DNA of 9,187 nucleotides from Promethearchaeota archaeon (lineage in GTDB: Archaea; Asgardarchaeota; Odinarchaeia; Odinarchaeales; JBHLKK01), in contig JBHLPL010000078.1 in the NCBI GenBank assembly GCA_048939465.1, positions 1 through 9,187 on the forward strand, in the 5' to 3' direction. The stretch's first letter is position 1; each line of letters begins with the position of its first letter. A program made the position numbers and the translations under genes. Below are positions 5,949 to 9,187 of the stretch, in pieces. The notes beneath the pieces were generated by a model. It was not told the origin of the DNA and searched no databases. It saw only the letters and a list, made by a program, of their open reading frames with translations.

Positions 5949-7160
5949 ATGCATGATGTGGTTGTTATAGGTGCTGGGGTATCAGGGTTAAGTTGCGCAA
6001 GGTTTCTGGCTCAAGAGGGTTTCAGTGTTTTGGTTTTGGAGAAATCCAAGGAAATAGGTGGCAGTATAAGCGAAAATCTTCAGGGCTTTCCACTATACGA
6101 AGTATCCAGAATAGGCATAGACGTTCCAAAAAACAATCCTGTGAGAAACCTTGTTTTGATGTCATCAAGAGAAAAGGATCTTGAGTTGAATTTTGGGAAA
6201 CCAATCTGCTATCTGGTTATGAGAGGTTCTGGAGATTCATTTGATTCATATCTGGCAGAGCAAGCCACGGATGCTGGCGTGGAGATAGAATTGAATTCAA
6301 AGGCAGTTGGAGTCAAATCAAATAAGAAAAGGCTAATTTCCGCAAAGACCGAAAAGGGAAAGGCGTTTAAAGGCAGATACTTTGTTGGTGCTGATGGAGC
6401 ATTCTCAATGACTAGGAGAATAGTAGGTCTCTCCCGGCTTGAAATCAAGGGAATCAGCTATGGAATGAAAATGGAGAATGTAGAAGTTGATCCGCTATCA
6501 GTCCGTGGAATTTTCGACAACAAAGTAGCACCGAAAGGCTATGGATATGTCATAGGCTATCCTGACGAGAAATTTGCGACAGTTGCAGTTTCTCTCAGAC
6601 CGAAATATGCTTCCAAAAACATAAAAGAGTATTTTAGGCTGCTTCTAAGGCTCATAAAACCGATTATGAAAAACGCCAAGGATGTTCGGTCATTCGCGGG
6701 TTCGGTAACTTGCAATGACGGGAGTCATGGAGTGGCTAGGAAGAATTTGCTCTTTGTTGGAGAAGCTGGAGGATTTCAGGATCCAACCTTTGGTTTTGGA
6801 ATGGCTCCATCAATCCGATCTGCAGCAATTGCTTCCCACGTAATATCAAAGAGCTACGAGAAGGGCGATCTGAATGTACTTCAGGATTATGAGAGAAGTG
6901 TGAAAAGTAGAATCTTCGGGAAAGAAATTGGGTGGAAATGGAAGTTTAGAAAAATGATCCTAGAGAGAATGAATGATAAAGATGTGGATTCCATAATTAG
7001 CTCTTTTAAAGGAGATGAAGAAGCGCTTGAAAGGGTGATAGATACTGGAAACTGGATGCTGCTTTGGAGATCTATTTTCAAAGCTATAAGAAGAAGGCCC
7101 TCCCTCTTGAGACATTTACTCCATGTGCCTCTGATATTTCTCCCGATCGAAGTCTCTTGA
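5949..7160 (+). CDS. FAD-dependent oxidoreductase, geranylgeranyl reductase (GGR/FixC)-like family, about 403 aa
   Basis: It has a Rossmann motif (DVVVIGAGVSG..A..LA..G..V.VLEK), the DG motif (FVGADGAFS) and a GD-type motif (FVGEAGG..DP..G.GM). I prefer ATG 5949 over TTG 5931 because GGTGGAG (5933-5939) lies 9 nt upstream. The canonical DGGR substrate motifs have diverged, so I give no gene symbol. Confidence 0.85.
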   Translation: MHDVVVIGAGVSGLSCARFLAQEGFSVLVLEKSKEIGGSISENLQGFPLYEVSRIGIDVPKNNPVRNLVLMSSREKDLELNFGKPICYLVMRGSGDSFDSYLAEQATDAGVEIELNSKAVGVKSNKKRLISAKTEKGKAFKGRYFVGADGAFSMTRRIVGLSRLEIKGISYGMKMENVEVDPLSVRGIFDNKVAPKGYGYVIGYPDEKFATVAVSLRPKYASKNIKEYFRLLLRLIKPIMKNAKDVRSFAGSVTCNDGSHGVARKNLLFVGEAGGFQDPTFGFGMAPSIRSAAIASHVISKSYEKGDLNVLQDYERSVKSRIFGKEIGWKWKFRKMILERMNDKDVDSIISSFKGDEEALERVIDTGNWMLLWRSIFKAIRRRPSLLRHLLHVPLIFLPIEVS

Positions 7161-7596
7161 TTTTGATCAGAATAGTTATTGTGAATCGAAGATAAGTGCT
7201 GCGGCGGCAATGAGGAATATAACAGAGTTTCCAGTATTCACGGTCGAGTTGAACAAATATTAAGTCTCTTATGAATTACGCTCCATTTCTCAGTACCGTG
7301 ACTTATTTTACTGGTGAATTCTGTCTGTGGCGCCTATTCTCAATTCGTTTGCGCTGGAATAGGAGTCCTTTCTAGGCCTTTAAACCCTCTCAGGCCATCT
7401 ATTCTTAGACTATGTTCCTTCCGTTTGTCTCTTTAGAGTGTTGATTTGGCGGCTCTTTTGATGAGTCGGGATTTATTCAAACGTTTCTCTAGGCCCGTAT
7501 GAGACGTCTGGAGCATCAATACGGTCTTGGGACTCCTCTGGGCGCACTTTGATGATGTATTATACATATATTGCCAATAAATCACAGATATCTTGA

Positions 7597-7646
7597 ATTC
7601 TTGTCATGAATTGTTATTCTTGTTCTTCATTGTGACTCATTGTTCT
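7597..7646. repeat. Array of five TTGT cores spaced about one helical turn apart
   Basis: TTGT starts at 7601, 7611, 7620, 7630 and 7640. ATTCTTGT, TCATTGT and TTGTTCT each occur twice. Confidence 0.45.
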
Positions 7647-7727
7647 CGGTCAGATCTTAAATTTTCGCAAATTTTGTTGACTAGAATACCCGACATTCAC
7701 AAAAGTGAGAGAATCTGGGCATAAGAC

Positions 7728-7775
7728 ATATATAGACTCTAGGTCCAATTAAGTACAAAAACTTCAGATTGGGAG
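7728..7775 (+). promoter_or_regulatory. Possible TATA-like element and SD site for the surface-protein gene
   Basis: ATATATA at 7728-7734 lies about 47 bp upstream of ATG 7781, and GGAG at 7772-7775 lies 5 nt upstream of the ATG. Confidence 0.35.
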
Positions 7776-7780
7776 AAGCG

Positions 7781-9187
7781 ATGAAAAGCAAAAGACTATT
7801 GGGCTTAGCCCTAATCTTCGCCTTCTTTGTCTCATTTGCCTCGATTTCCTTCTACATTGGACCAGCAAAAGCTTTGGACCCCTACGATCATAGAACAGCT
7901 CAGTTTAACATCGTGATATTGCCTGACGGCAGAGCTGCCTTAACTCACGGATATTACCACACCTTTAATAATACCTTTGATGACTATTCTAGCTATAGAA
8001 TATCAGAAGATACGATTGTCTATAATTATACGAATCCCTACGAACTCCCCGTCTTGTACGCCGACAATGTAACCTACTTGACTTTTGTAATTGATGTCGT
8101 AAACAACATGGCTGACGTGTCTATCGATTTTGATATGGAGCCGTTTAGTCCTGCCTCTATGCCGCCCCCGTCAATACCAACATTTACTACGGATGTGTCT
8201 GCCACATACTCAAACGGCGTTTTCACGATGACCACAGATGTAGGTGTGACCAATGTCAACATTACAGAGCAAATGGGTCTTACCATGCTAATACCTGACT
8301 TCACAATGAGTCTAACGATGGCTGATGGCGAGGTAGACGGAACAATGACACTGCAACCAGGGGGATTCATAGAGCTTTCAGGCCTTACGCTTGTCGTACA
8401 TGGAGAAAGGACACAGATAACATTGTCAGGGGATGGAAATGTCCTCTACCTGGGAGATATGTTCAACGCGAGTCACCTAATAGAGGGAAAGACACTCATT
8501 GAGAGCCTAGTAGGGCCCGTAGATCAAGATGGCACGCTTTTAAACCTGACCGATGGAGCGCTTAATGCGACTCAAGCTTCCCTTATTTACACGAATACAA
8601 CCTTCCCAGCTGGTGACGGAGCAGTCATTGATTTGGATGTTACAATTGCCAATACAACCACAGGAATACTCCAGTCTGTGATACCTGAAATGATAGGCGG
8701 TATGACTGGGGATGATAATGTAACTGCACTCATATTCTATGGCATTGAAAAAATGTTAAATGAGACTTCTGGCTCACTAACGATATCATATGATGAGTCA
8801 GCAGAGACAGTAGATCTCTCTGGAACTGTAACCCTTAGTCTCGGGGATGTGCTAGATTTCATGAAAGGGCCGATTCCTACCAGCTATTGGTTCCCACCAT
8901 GGAACGTGGCTCCCATCCTTAATTCAGATGTTCCATATCTAGACGACATCTTTGATCAAGTCGAAATAGCCGACGTCTACCTAGATCACATTACTTCGAT
9001 GAATTTCGACTTAGACTACAACAGTTCAGCAAATACCTTCAACGCAACTGGGTCGGCAAGTGTAAATAACATGGACACGATTTTGGACGATATAAGTACC
9101 GCACTCAATGAAACATACGACTACTGGTGGTGGAACGAAAACGTAAGCATTGTTGAATATCACAGGGAACAGGTGATGAATCCTCAG
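7781..9187 (+). CDS. Secreted acidic cell-surface glycoprotein (S-layer-like), 3'-truncated by the window edge, at least 469 aa
   Basis: My translation from ATG 7781 has no stop through 9187, which is why the ORF track misses it. The signal peptide is MKSKR + a hydrophobic core + GPAKA|L (codons 1-31). By hand count there are 15 N-x-S/T sequons, about 60 D+E versus 8 K+R in the mature part, and no Cys, and it is Thr/Ser-rich with alternating beta-strand patterns. I recognise no specific family. Confidence 0.85.
   Translation, partial: MKSKRLLGLALIFAFFVSFASISFYIGPAKALDPYDHRTAQFNIVILPDGRAALTHGYYHTFNNTFDDYSSYRISEDTIVYNYTNPYELPVLYADNVTYLTFVIDVVNNMADVSIDFDMEPFSPASMPPPSIPTFTTDVSATYSNGVFTMTTDVGVTNVNITEQMGLTMLIPDFTMSLTMADGEVDGTMTLQPGGFIELSGLTLVVHGERTQITLSGDGNVLYLGDMFNASHLIEGKTLIESLVGPVDQDGTLLNLTDGALNATQASLIYTNTTFPAGDGAVIDLDVTIANTTTGILQSVIPEMIGGMTGDDNVTALIFYGIEKMLNETSGSLTISYDESAETVDLSGTVTLSLGDVLDFMKGPIPTSYWFPPWNVAPILNSDVPYLDDIFDQVEIADVYLDHITSMNFDLDYNSSANTFNATGSASVNNMDTILDDISTALNETYDYWWWNENVSIVEYHREQVMNPQ

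Noticed and set aside
5993-7210. ORFs 5993..6184 (+), 6022..6204 (-), 6209..6448 (-) and 6887..7210 (-)
   Set aside because: They overlap the GGR-like gene and have no independent coding signal.
7042-7237. 12-bp inverted repeat ATACTGGAAACT (7042-7053) / AGTTTCCAGTAT (7226-7237)
   Set aside because: A few 12-bp inverted matches are expected per 9 kb. One arm is coding, and the match does not extend.
7171-7251. 26-aa hydrophobic minus-strand peptide (MFNSTVNTGNSVIFLIAAAALIFDSQ) and other short ORFs in the long spacer
   Set aside because: It has a TTG/GTG start without a convincing SD and is too short to distinguish from chance without ribosome profiling or conservation data.
8074-8370. ORF 8074..8370 (-)
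   Set aside because: It is the antisense shadow of the 7781..>9187 secreted protein, which has a signal peptide and sequon enrichment.
1-9187. CRISPR array, tRNA/rRNA, integrase/transposase or defence genes
   Set aside because: I saw no regularly spaced 23-47-bp repeats, no cloverleaf or rRNA-like GC-rich helices, and no recombinase or nuclease motifs in any supported ORF.

Overview
Probably archaeal chromosomal DNA (inferred from GGTG/AGGTGA-type Shine-Dalgarno sites, TATA-like boxes, a geranylgeranyl-reductase-family gene and a sequon-rich secreted protein; I cannot fix the lineage, and a Bathyarchaeia-like host is only a guess). It holds seven CDSs: two tandem paralogous MFS transporters (the first is cut by the window start), a CaiB/BaiF family III CoA-transferase with alpha-methylacyl-CoA racemase (AMACR)-type active-site motifs, a DUF362 Fe-S protein, a minus-strand Nudix hydrolase divergent from an atypical GGR-like flavoprotein, and, after a 620-bp non-coding gap, a large secreted acidic glycoprotein (S-layer/surface-like) that runs off the window end and is missing from the ORF track. 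I found no rRNA, tRNA, CRISPR array or mobile element. The most interesting signals are a possible isoprenoid/methyl-branched acyl-chain processing neighbourhood (inference only), coordinated loss of one of two ferredoxin clusters in the DUF362 protein, a perfect 18-bp palindrome whose half-site recurs in a helically phased array upstream of the surface-protein gene, and an intramembrane Arg that moves between helices in the MFS paralogs.
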